Notes: generated from the letters alone by a model not told the origin. A stretch of DNA of 64,000 nt from an uncultured Verrucomicrobiae bacterium (GCA_963702845.1 OY969763.1:390729-454728), one strand, 5' to 3'; shown: positions 25,470 to 37,527, counted from the stretch's first letter. Translations and numbers: made by a program.

Positions 25470-26195
25470 ATGAGTGCCCAGGAAAAACCACAGGACAAAT
25501 TCCAACGCGCCGAGCATTTCGAGAAAAAAATCACGAAGACCGTTGAAGCCGATTATCTGCTGTTCCTGCCGAAAGGCTACGAAAGAAATAAAAAGCAATG
25601 GCCGCTGATGTTGTTCCTGCATGGAGCAGGGGAGCGCGGCACGAATGTCTGGCGCGCTGATATTCATGGCCCGAGCCGATACGTCGCCACGCATCCTGAT
25701 TTCCCGTTCATTCTCGTTTCACCGATTTGTCCCGGTGGCGACGAGCATTGGTCGAACGAGACGCTCACCGCGTTGCTCGATTCAGTAATCAAAAAATACA
25801 ACGCTGATCCCGAACGCATTTACCTTACCGGGCTGAGCATGGGCGGCTATGGCGCATGGAGTTTCGCGGTCGCGCATCCCGAAAAATTTGCGGCGGTGAT
25901 TCCGATTTGCGGCGGTGGTGAAACAATTCACGTTCACCTCGGCCGTTTGGGTTATCTAAAACCGGAAACCAAAGAAGCTCTCAAGACGTTGCCGATTTGG
26001 GCATTTCACGGCTCGAAAGATTCCGCCGTGCCGGTCAACGAATCCGAACACATGGTCAGAGCGTTTAAAGCTCTCGGAAACACCGAAGTGAAGCTTACGA
26101 TTTATCCTGGCGTCGAACATAATTCATGGGAACAGACTTACAACAATCCGGAAATCTACGACTGGCTTCTCGCGCACAAGCGTTTGGAGAAATAG
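25470..26195 (+). CDS. Alpha/beta-hydrolase fold esterase (phospholipase/carboxylesterase or PHB-depolymerase-type)
   Basis: LFLHGAGERG, nucleophile elbow GLSMGGYGAW, and HGSKDSAVP. 241 aa, intact. Confidence 0.75.
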   Translation: MSAQEKPQDKFQRAEHFEKKITKTVEADYLLFLPKGYERNKKQWPLMLFLHGAGERGTNVWRADIHGPSRYVATHPDFPFILVSPICPGGDEHWSNETLTALLDSVIKKYNADPERIYLTGLSMGGYGAWSFAVAHPEKFAAVIPICGGGETIHVHLGRLGYLKPETKEALKTLPIWAFHGSKDSAVPVNESEHMVRAFKALGNTEVKLTIYPGVEHNSWEQTYNNPEIYDWLLAHKRLEK

Positions 26196-27583
<1,388 letters not shown>

Positions 27584-27587
27584 GAGG

Positions 27588-28822
27588 TCAAATCTCCAAA
27601 AGGATGCGCGCGGGACTTTCGATGTTTTCCTTCACCCGCTTCAGAAAAGTGACTGCTTCGCGGCCATCGACAATGCGATGATCATAACTCAACGCGACAT
27701 ACATCATCGGACGGATGACCACTTGGCCCTGCACGGCAATGGGTCGTTCTTGAATCGTGTGCATGCCGAGAATTCCGTTTGAGGCGGGTTAACGATGGGT
27801 GTTGATAGCAGCGATCCATAAATTCCGCCATTCGTGATCGTGAACGTGCCCGGCTGCAGTTCGTCGGGTTTGAGTTTGTTCTCCTGCGCGCGTTTCGGGA
27901 AATCGGCGATGTGTTTTTCAGTTTCAGCAAAGCCAAATCGCTCGGCATTGCGCAGAACTGGAACAACCAAACCTTTGCCGCTGCCGATGGCGATGCCGAT
28001 GTCGAAGTAGTTGTGATAGACAATGTCATCACCGCGAATGGAAGCGTTTAATTGCGGTGTCGCCTTCAACGATTCAATCGTTGCACGGACGAAGAACGAC
28101 ATGAACCCAAGTTTCACGCCGTGTTTCTTTGTGAAATTTTCCTGATGCTCTTTGCGCAATGTCATGACTTGTGAAATGTCGATTTCGTTGAAAGTCGTCA
28201 GCATCGCCATCGAATGCTGCGCTTCGACAAGTCGTCTTGCGACCGTTCGTCGCAAAGGCGTCATGCGCACAACTTCTTCTTCGCGCTGTGGCTGTATCTC
28301 CGGCGTCGATGTGGGAGGTTGAACGTTGGACGTTGGACGTTGGTTTTTGCCCCTCTCGATGTGCCGCATGACATCTTCTTTAAGATGCGACCGCCGGGGC
28401 CGGTCGGCTGCACTTCTTCAGCGCTCGTTTCGGTTTCGGCCAACATCCTGTTGCGCGGCCGGCATTACGCGTCGTTTTGGTTCGGCGGTAGGGCGTGTCG
28501 TTCCGCGGCTGCCGCTTGGTTGCGGCGTAGCTGATTGTTCCTGTGTCGCGGGCCGAGCGGCGCGTGCTTCCTGCTGTGGTTTTGCGGCCGGATCAATTTC
28601 CGCGATGGTTTCGCCGATGCGCGCTTTGTCTCCCTTATGCTTCGTGATCTTGGTTAGAACCCCTGCGCTCGGTGCAGGCAGCTCAACCGTCGCCTTTTCA
28701 GACTCGAGGGCGACCACGTTCTCGTCCTTCTCAACCGACTCACCTTCGCGCTTAAGCCAATCGCCAATTTCGACTTCGGTAATCGATTCCCCCACGGACG
28801 GCACTTTTAGTTCAATCGCCAT
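27588..28822 (-). pseudogene. sucB: Dihydrolipoamide succinyltransferase-type E2 (lipoyl + PSBD + catalytic domains), at least 3 frameshifts
   Basis: Lipoyl domain MAIELKVPSVGESITEVEIGDWLK...ESEKATVELPAP. The PSBD (LAETETSAEEVQPTGPGGRILK) is in another frame. The catalytic core is followed, in a third frame, by [15 protein letters not shown]...[17 protein letters not shown]. Length 1235 nt. The stop lies 4 nt from the lpdA start. Confidence 0.8.
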
Positions 28823-28886
28823 AATCCACCAGAATACAGTCAACCGTATTGACCAATTTGCAACCTGAGGACTCCGGGCGTTGCTG

Positions 28887-29597
28887 CTAATTACCATGGA
28901 CGGCCAGCAACCGTTCGGCGTCGGCGAGCCTCATTCGAACCTCTCTTAATTCACATTCCAGTTTATCGCGTTGCGCACGGATGTTATTTGCCTCACGCGA
29001 TTCGCGGCGGATTTCCAATTGAGTCACCACAAATCGCGAAAGCACGCGCAACGCCTGTTCTTGAATCGGCGTCAAGTCGCGCGGCACTTGATCAAGGACA
29101 CAAATTGTCCCAAGCATATAGCCATCTTTCGTGATCAAGGGAGCGCCGGCGTAGAAGCGAATGTTCGGTTTGCATTTGACCAGTGGATTATCGGCAAAAC
29201 GGATGTCGGCCATCGCATCATGAACCACCAACAAACTGTCACCCAAAATGGCGTGAGCACAAAATGAGATGTTCCGCGACGTTTCGCTCACTGAAATGCC
29301 ATAAGTCGATTTGAACCACTGCCGATTTTCATCAATCAGCGTGATGAGCGCGATGGGCGCTTCACAAATGCAGGCGGCCAATTCGGTGAGGTCGTCGAAG
29401 GCCTGTTCCGGCAATGTATCGAGAATGTCGTATTGCCAGAGCACTTCCAGGCGCTTTTTCTCGTTTGCCGCCAGCGGTGCGCTCGGACAACGTTGCGCCA
29501 AATGTTCCATGTACGCTTTATCCTGCTCCGTGACAGACAGAGATGGTTTGGGGCGTGGCATAAAATCAATAAGACCGTGGTGCGACGCTGAATTCAA
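28887..29597 (-). CDS. Stand-alone GAF-domain protein with C-terminal coiled coil
   Basis: The GAF-type core is FDDLTELAACICEAPIALITLIDENRQWFKS...FYAGAPLITKDGYMLGTICVLD. The C-terminal charged helix is EIRRESREANNIRAQRDKLECELREVRMRLADAE. Confidence 0.75.
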   Translation of the reverse strand: MNSASHHGLIDFMPRPKPSLSVTEQDKAYMEHLAQRCPSAPLAANEKKRLEVLWQYDILDTLPEQAFDDLTELAACICEAPIALITLIDENRQWFKSTYGISVSETSRNISFCAHAILGDSLLVVHDAMADIRFADNPLVKCKPNIRFYAGAPLITKDGYMLGTICVLDQVPRDLTPIQEQALRVLSRFVVTQLEIRRESREANNIRAQRDKLECELREVRMRLADAERLLAVHGN

Positions 29598-29704
29598 CAG
29601 GCGCCAATGCGTTCCTTCGTATCCGAGACCGCATTATGACGCTCTCCGATGCGACACTATGATATGGCGTTGGAGGGCTGATTCTGCTATGAAATTGCGG
29701 GTAA

Positions 29705-30250
29705 ATGACAAAGCACATCCTAAACAGGACCAAGTGTTATCTCGTTGGTAACATTGAAAACGCAAATTCTCCCGAATCCTGGCGCGACAAAGTTAAAAAC
29801 GAACTTAAATCGACTGGGATTACCTTTTTCGATCCCCTGAAGAAGCCGTTCCTTGATTCGATCAACGAAGACAAGGAGCACATCGCCATGCTTCAACGGC
29901 TTCGTACGGAAGGCAATTTCGAGGAACTTTCGCGCATCATGAAAAAGATTCGCGTTGAAGACCTCAGCCTCGTCGACCGCTCCGATTTCATCATCGCCGT
30001 CGTTTCCGCGAAAACCGCCTCATGGGGCAGCGCGGAAGAAGTCTTCTGGGCCAACCGCATGAAGAAACCGATTTTCCTCGTGGTGTCTGAAGGCAAGCGC
30101 GGATGTCCGTTCTGGATTTTTGGTACGCTCAAGCACGATCAGATTTTCGAAACAATCGACGATGTCATTGCCGAGTTGGCGAAAATCGATTCTGGCGAGA
30201 GGCAAATCGATTGGAGCCAGTGGAAGATTTTCCGCGAGGAATATCGCTAA
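29705..30250 (+). CDS. Nucleoside 2-deoxyribosyltransferase-like (NDT/DUF4406-type Rossmann-like) protein
   Basis: CYLVGNIE...SWR opening. DRSDFIIAVVS...SWGSAEEVFWANRMKKPIFLVV resembles the NDT-family 'GTxxExG...KPV' core. 181 aa. Assignment is from pattern memory only. Confidence 0.5.
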   Translation: MTKHILNRTKCYLVGNIENANSPESWRDKVKNELKSTGITFFDPLKKPFLDSINEDKEHIAMLQRLRTEGNFEELSRIMKKIRVEDLSLVDRSDFIIAVVSAKTASWGSAEEVFWANRMKKPIFLVVSEGKRGCPFWIFGTLKHDQIFETIDDVIAELAKIDSGERQIDWSQWKIFREEYR

Positions 30251-30281
30251 ACTCGCAAGCCGTCCAGCGGCTGTGTCAAAG

Positions 30282-32853
30282 ATGAATCTTTGGATTCGTG
30301 CTCGCACGCAAACGGCTTTCCTTGAGTTGGTGGTCGCAAGCTCGCTCGCGATTTTTTGCTGTGCGTCAATTGCCGCGAGCGACCCGGTGCAGAAACTCAC
30401 GATCGCGCCCGGGTTCAAAGTCACGCCCATCTATTCCGTCCCGCCGGAGCAAGGCTCATGGATTTGCATGGCAGCCGACCCTCAGGGTCGACTGCTCATC
30501 TCGTCGCAAATTCCCAGTTTCCCCAGTATCACACCAGCCCAACCAACTCTATTCCGCCTCACAATCGCGGATCAAAAGGTCTCGCGCATCGAGAAAATTC
30601 AAAAGCGAGTTAGCGAACCGCAGGGCATGCTCTACGCGTTCGACAGTCTTTATGTCAATGTCAACGGTCCTGGCCCGGAAGGCACCGGCATTTACCGTCT
30701 TCGTCAGCGCGGGCGTGACGACTTCGATGACCCCGAGCTGATACGGTCGATCAATTATAGCGGCGAACACGGCTCACATGCGCTCGTCCTCGGGCCTGAT
30801 AAAAAAATTTACATCGCGAGCGGGAATTACATCGATCACTCCCAACCGCCGAACAAAATTTCTGCCGCGTCGCCCTTTCAATCATTTCGGTGATGATCAA
30901 TTGATTTGCCAATTATCCCGATGCGAAAGGTATTCCCGAAGGTGCCACAAACTCGCCTCGTGGAACGATTGCTCGAATGAATGCGTCGGGCGGCGAGTTC
31001 GAAATTTTCTGTGGAGGACCCGCAATATATACGACATTGCGTTCAATCAGGACGGTGAACTCTTTGGCTTTGATAACGATCACGAACCGGATTGGGGCAC
31101 TCCATGGTATCGTCCCTGTCTGCTTTATCACCTGGTCTCTGGAGCCGATTATGGGTTCCGCGAAGGCAGCGGCAAATTGCCCGACTACGATGAAGACATT
31201 TTGCCCGCGGTGAAAAAGGTCAGCATCGGCGCACCGACTGGAATCAAGTTCGCAACTGGAACAAAATTTCCGGAAAAATATCGAACCGCCTTGTTCATGT
31301 GCGAATGGAATTACGGACGAATCTTTGCCGCACATTTACAGCCGAACGGAGCCAGTTACACCTGCGACATCGAGACGATTGTCCATGGCAGCGCCCCTCA
31401 ATGTCACCGACATCGAGGTAATGCCCGATGGCTCCATGTATTTCATCACTGGTGGACATGACACACGATCGACGTTGTATCGGCTCGACTACACCAACCA
31501 GGTTCAAGCAACGGACGCTGTGGCATCTCAACCGGCAGAAAAGGGAGATGCCAAGCTTCGATCTGTCCGACATCAACTCGAAATGCTTCACGGCGATCTG
31601 ATAGTTCCGCCATCGAATTGATTTGGCCTTTCCTTGGCCACACCGACCGCGAAATTCGTTACGCTGCGCGGGTCGCGCTCGAATCGCAACCGGCGCGGAA
31701 TTGGAAAGACCGTGCACTAAACGAAACGAATCCCGTTACAGCGTTGACCGCGCTTTTGGCGTTGGCGCGAGTTGGGGATAAAAATGTCCAGCCGTCGCTG
31801 CTTCAATCCATTTCGAAATTTCCTTTTGCGGCTTTGCCAACGGACGAAGCGATTTTGAAACTGCGAGTGCTCGAACTGAGCTTTATTCGCCAGGGCCGAC
31901 CAGACGTCGATACTGGGGCTCGAATTGTCGCCGAGTTGAGTTCCGAATTTCCGTCAACGTCCGAACCTCTGTCTCGCGAACTTTGTCAGTTGCTCCTCTA
32001 TCTTGGTGACCAGACAACTATCGCCAAAACGCTGCAACTTGCGCACGACGCGACGACTCGCGAAAGCCAGATTTATTATTTGAACCGCCTAAGTTCGATT
32101 TCTAATGGATGGACCTTTGATCAGCGCAAAGATTATTTCCGTTTGGTGCGTGGGCCATCACGACCGGCCCCAGATGCGGACTTAGTCGCTCTCATCAAAG
32201 ATGCCGGCACCGAATACACAGACGGAGGAGGGTTCGATAAATACCTCAAATTATTCCGAAATGAGGCTGCAAAGTCTTTAACCGTTCATGACCGGGTTTT
32301 GCTCAATGACGACATGTTCGAGCCTGCCGAAACGCGCGCCGGCTCCTTTAAAAAAAGGTTTGTCAAAAAATGGGCGGTGCAGGACCTCACGAACTCGCTG
32401 TCGCAGATCAATGAAACTCGCAATCTCGGCAACGGACGTATCGCCTTCGAATCGGCCAACTGTATTCTTTGCCATCGCTTCAAGCAAACTGGTCGCAGCG
32501 TTGGTCCTGATCTGACCGCCATCGCCCAACGCGCGACCGCCCGAGACATTCTTCAATCAATTCTCGAGCCGTCGAAAGTCGTCGCCGATCCGTATCGCGA
32601 TACGATCTTCTTTCTCAAGACTGGCGATGTTTTCACAGGGAAAGTAATGGAGACGTCTGCCGACCAAATCACCGTGTTAACTGATGAAATGAATCAACGG
32701 ACCGTTTCGATCAAAAAGAGCGATATCGATAGTAGCCAAACTTCCAAAGTTTCTCCAATGCCTGAGGGGTTGGCAGATTATCTCACTGAAGCGCAAATTC
32801 TGGACTTGATCGCCTATCTACTGTCCGGAACCGACGCGAAAAGCGTTCATTAA
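30282..32853 (+). pseudogene. PVC-type 'membrane-bound dehydrogenase domain' + HEAT-like repeats + C-terminal CxxCH haem-binding domain protein, at least 5 frameshifts
   Basis: The N-terminus is KLTIAPGFKVTPIYSVPPEQGSWICMAADPQGRLLIS. Conserved text continues across frames near about 30885, 30912, 31020, 31385 and 31615. The C-terminal part contains CILCHRF...GPDLT... and is typical of the Pirellula/Verrucomicrobium haem-binding domain. Confidence 0.7.
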
Positions 32854-32874
32854 GCAGTTTGACCCAAGTAATAT

Positions 32875-33528
32875 TTACAAACCGAGGATCGCGTGCAGTT
32901 CGCGAAAGTCGCTGATGGTGTATTTCGCCATTTTTGCGACTTCCGGTTTTTTGGGGTTGAACGCGACAGATAATCCGACGCGTTCGAACACGGAAAGGTC
33001 ATTCTCGTTATCGCCGATGTGGCAGATTTCTTCAGGAGAAACGTTATACTTCGCGCAGATTTCCGGAATGCGTAGGTGCTTTTCCCAGGTGGGCACGTCG
33101 TAATTGAGTGTGCCGGTGAAAACGCCGTCGCGATGATGAACGCGATTGCAGAAGGTGAATTCCATCTCCGTTTCGTCGGCGGCATGTTGACCGACTAAAT
33201 CAACGCAGCTCGAGAGCAACCCGCGAACCAGTTTGCCTTTCGTCGCAGCGAGGAACTCCTTTACGCCGGCGGAGTAGGGGACGGGATACAAGACTTCGGC
33301 CGCTTGAGCGAGGGGGCGACCGACCAGGTCGCTGACGTCTTCTTCGGCCCATTGTTGGTCGAAGGTTTTCTTCGGGTAATATTTTTGGGTGCGGACGTCC
33401 CACTGTTCCTTCAATCCGTAAGCGAAACCAAGCGCGTCCCAACTCGAATGGAAAATGCTGCCAACTTCGGTGTAGGCGAACAGACAACCATCGCCGTCGA
33501 TGGTCACGACTTTGATTTTGCTCGCCAT
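32875..33528 (-). CDS. HAD-superfamily hydrolase (subfamily IB / phosphoserine-phosphatase-like)
   Basis: Motif I VVTIDGDGCLF and motif IV IGDNENDLSVF. 217 aa. Confidence 0.75.
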   Translation of the reverse strand: MASKIKVVTIDGDGCLFAYTEVGSIFHSSWDALGFAYGLKEQWDVRTQKYYPKKTFDQQWAEEDVSDLVGRPLAQAAEVLYPVPYSAGVKEFLAATKGKLVRGLLSSCVDLVGQHAADETEMEFTFCNRVHHRDGVFTGTLNYDVPTWEKHLRIPEICAKYNVSPEEICHIGDNENDLSVFERVGLSVAFNPKKPEVAKMAKYTISDFRELHAILGL

Positions 33529-33531
33529 GGT

Positions 33532-34881
33532 TTAATGGCCGGATTTGCCGGGCGGGACAGTTACTTTGCCGAGAATCGTTAGCATCAACAGACCGCCAAT
33601 AAAACCAAATGGGGCCATGAAGTAAAAGTAATGGCCCATATTCTTGTCCAGAATATCGCCGAGGATCCAGCCAGCGAGGCTTCCGCCAAAATATTGGAAC
33701 GAGTCAATCAGCCCGAGAGCGAATCCAGCCATGCGCCGGCCGCCGATGTCCATCGGTGCTGCGGCCCCTAGGATGGAGTGTGTTGAGTTCGCGGTGAAGG
33801 CAATCAACAGGAAGAACAAAATTGCGGCGTTAGCAGTATGAAATTGCGCGGCAAGCAGGATAACCGTTGTTTCCAAAAAATAGAGCCCAGCGGCGACCGG
33901 TGCGCGGCGACCTTTGAAAACGGTATCAGAAATGTATCCAGAACTGAGCGAACCGATGGACGCGACCAGCGGAATCATGAAAGCAAGAAACTGGAAGCTC
34001 TTTGAGTTCAGGTCGACGTGATAGAGGTCCTGCATATAACGCGGGAACCATTGATCGACGGCTTGCCGCACAGCCCCAGTGCAAGCGTAAGCGGCTGCAG
34101 TGACCCAGACGACGGGGTTGCGAACAATACTTTGAAAAACCGTTTTAAAACTGGCGTGGGAACCGTCGGCGGCGCGCGGGGAATCATCAGGAATGATGTT
34201 GTGCCAACCGGCTTCTTCGGGCGTTTCCTTAACGAAGATCGCCATTGCGATGGCGGCAACTGCACAAATCATCGAGGGAGCCCAAAACAACCAACGCCAG
34301 TGCAACGGCGGCACGCGCATCATTCCGAGGAACAAGAAGCCGGCTAACAACGCTGGACCGAGCTTGAAAATTCCAAATCGACCGAGGTTGATCATGAAAC
34401 CGAAAACGCCGGAGAAACGACCGCGTTCGCGATGTTTGAACCATGCCGCGTTGATCTTGACCATGCCCGGAGCGCCATAGGCCTGGAAGTAACCGTCTAT
34501 GCTGCGAATGGCGATGAACAGACCCAACATTCCCCAAAATGAGGCGACACCGAACAGGATGTTCATAACCACAGTGCCACAGGCTCCAATCAACATTGCC
34601 TTCTTGCCTCCAATGCGGTCGGTGATCAGACCATTGATGATTTGGCCACAGGCATACGCCAACATCGCGAACGTGATGATTTTTCCAACATCTCCGCGAC
34701 TGAAACCGTACTGATCGCTAATGGATTTATTAGCGATCGAAAGGTTGTATCGGCACATGTAAAAGCTCGTGTAGAGCAGGCCGAGTAGTCCCCAGTTGAG
34801 ACCGCGACGGCGCCGAAAACCTTCTGGATAACGCGCGTCGACGTCGGTGGTTGAGACTGGGGAAGTTACCGGAGCGATCAT
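33532..34881 (-). CDS. MFS transporter, organophosphate:Pi antiporter (OPA; GlpT/UhpC-like) family
   Basis: 12 TM-like segments. The N-terminus LLYTSFYMCRYNLSIANKSISDQYGFSRGDVGKI resembles GlpT/UhpC openings. Confidence 0.8.
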   Translation of the reverse strand: MIAPVTSPVSTTDVDARYPEGFRRRRGLNWGLLGLLYTSFYMCRYNLSIANKSISDQYGFSRGDVGKIITFAMLAYACGQIINGLITDRIGGKKAMLIGACGTVVMNILFGVASFWGMLGLFIAIRSIDGYFQAYGAPGMVKINAAWFKHRERGRFSGVFGFMINLGRFGIFKLGPALLAGFLFLGMMRVPPLHWRWLFWAPSMICAVAAIAMAIFVKETPEEAGWHNIIPDDSPRAADGSHASFKTVFQSIVRNPVVWVTAAAYACTGAVRQAVDQWFPRYMQDLYHVDLNSKSFQFLAFMIPLVASIGSLSSGYISDTVFKGRRAPVAAGLYFLETTVILLAAQFHTANAAILFFLLIAFTANSTHSILGAAAPMDIGGRRMAGFALGLIDSFQYFGGSLAGWILGDILDKNMGHYFYFMAPFGFIGGLLMLTILGKVTVPPGKSGH

Positions 34882-34934
34882 GTTGTTTGTGGTCCCGCAG
34901 AGCTAAGCAAACTGCCGCTCTGCGGTCAAAGCTT

Positions 34935-35966
34935 TTACAAGGTGTTTAACGCATCGACCAGCGCGCGCAAGCGACCGTAGCTGCGTCTGTCGAAGCCAAA
35001 GGCGATGCGCGGCAGGTTGAGAGCAGCGACTTCGTCTTGTTCTTCCGGCAACGCATCGATCAGACGAATTGGTTCGCCAGCGATGATATCATCGAAGTCT
35101 TCGTTCAACGCCTGGATCGCCGAGGGCGTCGGCGTGTTCTTCAAACGAACGACCAGCGTGTCGCGCACCCAACGCATCGAATGATAGTTTCGATAGAAAC
35201 GGATGATGTGTTTGATGGCGTCATCGTTGTTTTCGAAAATGCGATAGATCTTGGTGTCGGTTTCGTTGATGAGCTTATGGCGAAGCAGATGTTCATGGAT
35301 ATTCTTGTCCCATGTGCGCCAGAAGGTCGAACCGGGTGGGTTGATACAAACCAACGGACGCAAACGGCTCTTGCCGGTTTGCATCAGAGTCAGTGCTTCG
35401 AAGCCTTCGTCCATCGTGCCGAAGCCGCCGGGGAACAACGCGATCGCGTCGGCCTGGCGGATGAATGTCACTTTGCGAGTGAAGAAGTATTTGAAATTAA
35501 CGAGCTTCTTGTCGCCGGAGATAACCGAGCTGGTCGATTGTTCGTGCGGCAAACGAATGGCGGCGCCGAAACTGTTGTCAACGCCAGCGCCTTCGAGGCC
35601 TGCTTGCATGATGCCAGGGCCCGCGCCGGTGATGACCATCCATTTTGCTTCAGCCATCTTGCGACCGAAATCGAGCGCTTGCTTGTATTCCGGTTCTTCG
35701 GGTTTTGTGCGAGCGGAACCGAAGACGGTAATTTTCTTTCTGTCCGCGTAAGGTGCGAAAGTTTTGAAGGCGTAGCGCAGTTCGCGCACAGCGGTTTGAA
35801 TGACGCGGACATCGCCTCGGTCTTCAACGTCGTGAAGAATTTTGAGGGCGTTGTCGATGATGTCTGCGACGAGTTCCTGATTGTGACCGCAACCTTTGTA
35901 GACGATTAATTCCTGAATTCTGCGAAACAGCTCCGGGTCGATTGGAGCCTTGACGGGCTTATCCAT
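34935..35966 (-). CDS. LOG-family (TIGR00730 / lysine-decarboxylase-like) nucleotide 5'-monophosphate nucleosidase-type protein with extra N- and C-terminal regions
   Basis: VFGSAR...ITGAGPGIMQA...PGGFGTMDEGFE (PGGxGTxxE LOG motif). 343 aa. Confidence 0.8.
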   Translation of the reverse strand: MDKPVKAPIDPELFRRIQELIVYKGCGHNQELVADIIDNALKILHDVEDRGDVRVIQTAVRELRYAFKTFAPYADRKKITVFGSARTKPEEPEYKQALDFGRKMAEAKWMVITGAGPGIMQAGLEGAGVDNSFGAAIRLPHEQSTSSVISGDKKLVNFKYFFTRKVTFIRQADAIALFPGGFGTMDEGFEALTLMQTGKSRLRPLVCINPPGSTFWRTWDKNIHEHLLRHKLINETDTKIYRIFENNDDAIKHIIRFYRNYHSMRWVRDTLVVRLKNTPTPSAIQALNEDFDDIIAGEPIRLIDALPEEQDEVAALNLPRIAFGFDRRSYGRLRALVDALNTL

Positions 35967-36054
35967 ACTTTTTTCCTAACTACTCAACTAAGGGTGAAAA
36001 GCGTATCACAGCGCGCACGCGCAAAGCAAAGACAATGCGTGATTTTAGCTGGTT

Positions 36055-37242
36055 TTAATGCGCTGCGGACGCCATTGGTGCAACGGCACGATGGCCGCTT
36101 TCCGGCTGCACAACGCTGGTGTGTCGTGCGCCGCGAGTGACCTCGCGGATGTAACGGACTTCCTCCTGGTTATAAGGAGTGCCGTCAGCTCGGAAAATGT
36201 CGTGGAACCACGTCGGTGGTTCGTCGCCGTATTGTTTTTCCCAGGAATCCCACGGGAAAATGGTCTGCGTTTTGCCGGAGACAAAGCCCCAGTTGTAAGC
36301 GCCGACATGTTGTTCTTTTAAATAGCCAAGGACCGGGTTGAAGGTGCTGCCCATCGGACGCGCCATATATTCACTGCAAACGATCGGGCGATTGTAGCGG
36401 CGGAGATGGTCGATGCCTTTTGTGATTTCTGGCAGCTTGGAATAGTTGTGGAAGGTGATGATGTCGGATTCTTCCAATTGCTCGTGTTCCGTGGGAGAGA
36501 GCTTTTCGACATTGCCCCAGTTGCCGATCCAGACGCCGGAGGTGAGCGGCTGAGACGGGTTCATTTCGCGAGCCCAGATGAAAGTTTTCTTCAGCAGTTG
36601 AAGCGCGGCTTCTTTTTTGTTCGGCAGTTCGACTTTGCGATATTGCGGGACCGGGTTATCGGGTTCGTTGAAGATGTCCCAGACTTGCACGCGGCGGTCG
36701 TTGCGGAAATGGCCGACGACATCTTGCACATAGGGTTTGAGTTGGTCCTGGAGTTCAGCGCTGGCGAGAATGTTTGCGCCGGGGCTTTGGACCCAACCGG
36801 AGTTGTGTGTGTGCGGACGCGGTTCGCGTTGTTTGCCCGCTTGAGGGAACGGGTCCCAAACGCTGTCAAAAATAACGAACATGACGCCGATATTGTGTTT
36901 GTCGGCCATGCCGAGGAATTGATCCATGCGATTGATGAATCCTTTTGGATCCTGTTTCCAGGCGAGGTCATGCAGGAAAACGCGAACGCTGGTGAAGCCG
37001 AGGCTTTGTGCAAAACCGAGTTCGCGATTGATGGTTTTCGGGTCCCATGTTTCAGCCTGCCACATCTCGAGTTGGTTGATGGCAGTGCTTGGGGCGAAGT
37101 TGCACCCGACGAGCAAGGGTTGGTTGGAATACCAGCTGTTCGCTTTGGCCTCAGTCCATTTGGCCCGGGCCTGGAGCGGTTGTTGCGAACCGGTGCTGCA
37201 GCCGAGCAGGAAAGCGATGGCGATGAGTTGTAAGAGTCTCAT
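36055..37242 (-). CDS. Lipoprotein glycoside hydrolase, clan GH-A TIM-barrel (GH5-like)
   Basis: Lipobox AFLLGC. Acid/base motif WDIFNEPDN. Likely nucleophile region IVCSEYM. The ORF is open to 37287, but ATG 37242 gives a clean signal peptide. Confidence 0.75.
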   Translation of the reverse strand: MRLLQLIAIAFLLGCSTGSQQPLQARAKWTEAKANSWYSNQPLLVGCNFAPSTAINQLEMWQAETWDPKTINRELGFAQSLGFTSVRVFLHDLAWKQDPKGFINRMDQFLGMADKHNIGVMFVIFDSVWDPFPQAGKQREPRPHTHNSGWVQSPGANILASAELQDQLKPYVQDVVGHFRNDRRVQVWDIFNEPDNPVPQYRKVELPNKKEAALQLLKKTFIWAREMNPSQPLTSGVWIGNWGNVEKLSPTEHEQLEESDIITFHNYSKLPEITKGIDHLRRYNRPIVCSEYMARPMGSTFNPVLGYLKEQHVGAYNWGFVSGKTQTIFPWDSWEKQYGDEPPTWFHDIFRADGTPYNQEEVRYIREVTRGARHTSVVQPESGHRAVAPMASAAH

Positions 37243-37433
37243 GTGCTTTTGGGTTGTTAGTTGTATGCGTTGTTTGGGGAAAGGCAAGTGTTCAGTGTTC
37301 GGGTTTCAGGTGTTTTTACCACCAGGGACACCAAGGGAAGGGGGCGTGAGTGGGTGGGTCGGTAAGTCGGATTGAGCACGATGGGGTTGTTGAGTTGTGT
37401 TCATAGCGTTTGGTAAAAATATTTTTTTGGGTT

Positions 37434-37527
37434 TTGGTGGACGCAGGTGGTCGTTGTTGGATGAAAGTGGATGTTAGTGGACGAAAGTGGGCACCCCCTT
37501 TGGGTCGAAAATGGACGAAAGTGGGCA
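37434..37527. repeat. Four phased copies of TGGA(C/T)G(A/C)A(A/G)GTGG in the 530-bp intergenic region
   Basis: GTGGACGCAGGTGG (37436), TTGGATGAAAGTGG (37458), GTGGACGAAAGTGGGCA (37478) and ATGGACGAAAGTGGGCA (37511). Spacings are about 22, 20 and 33 bp. Confidence 0.7.
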
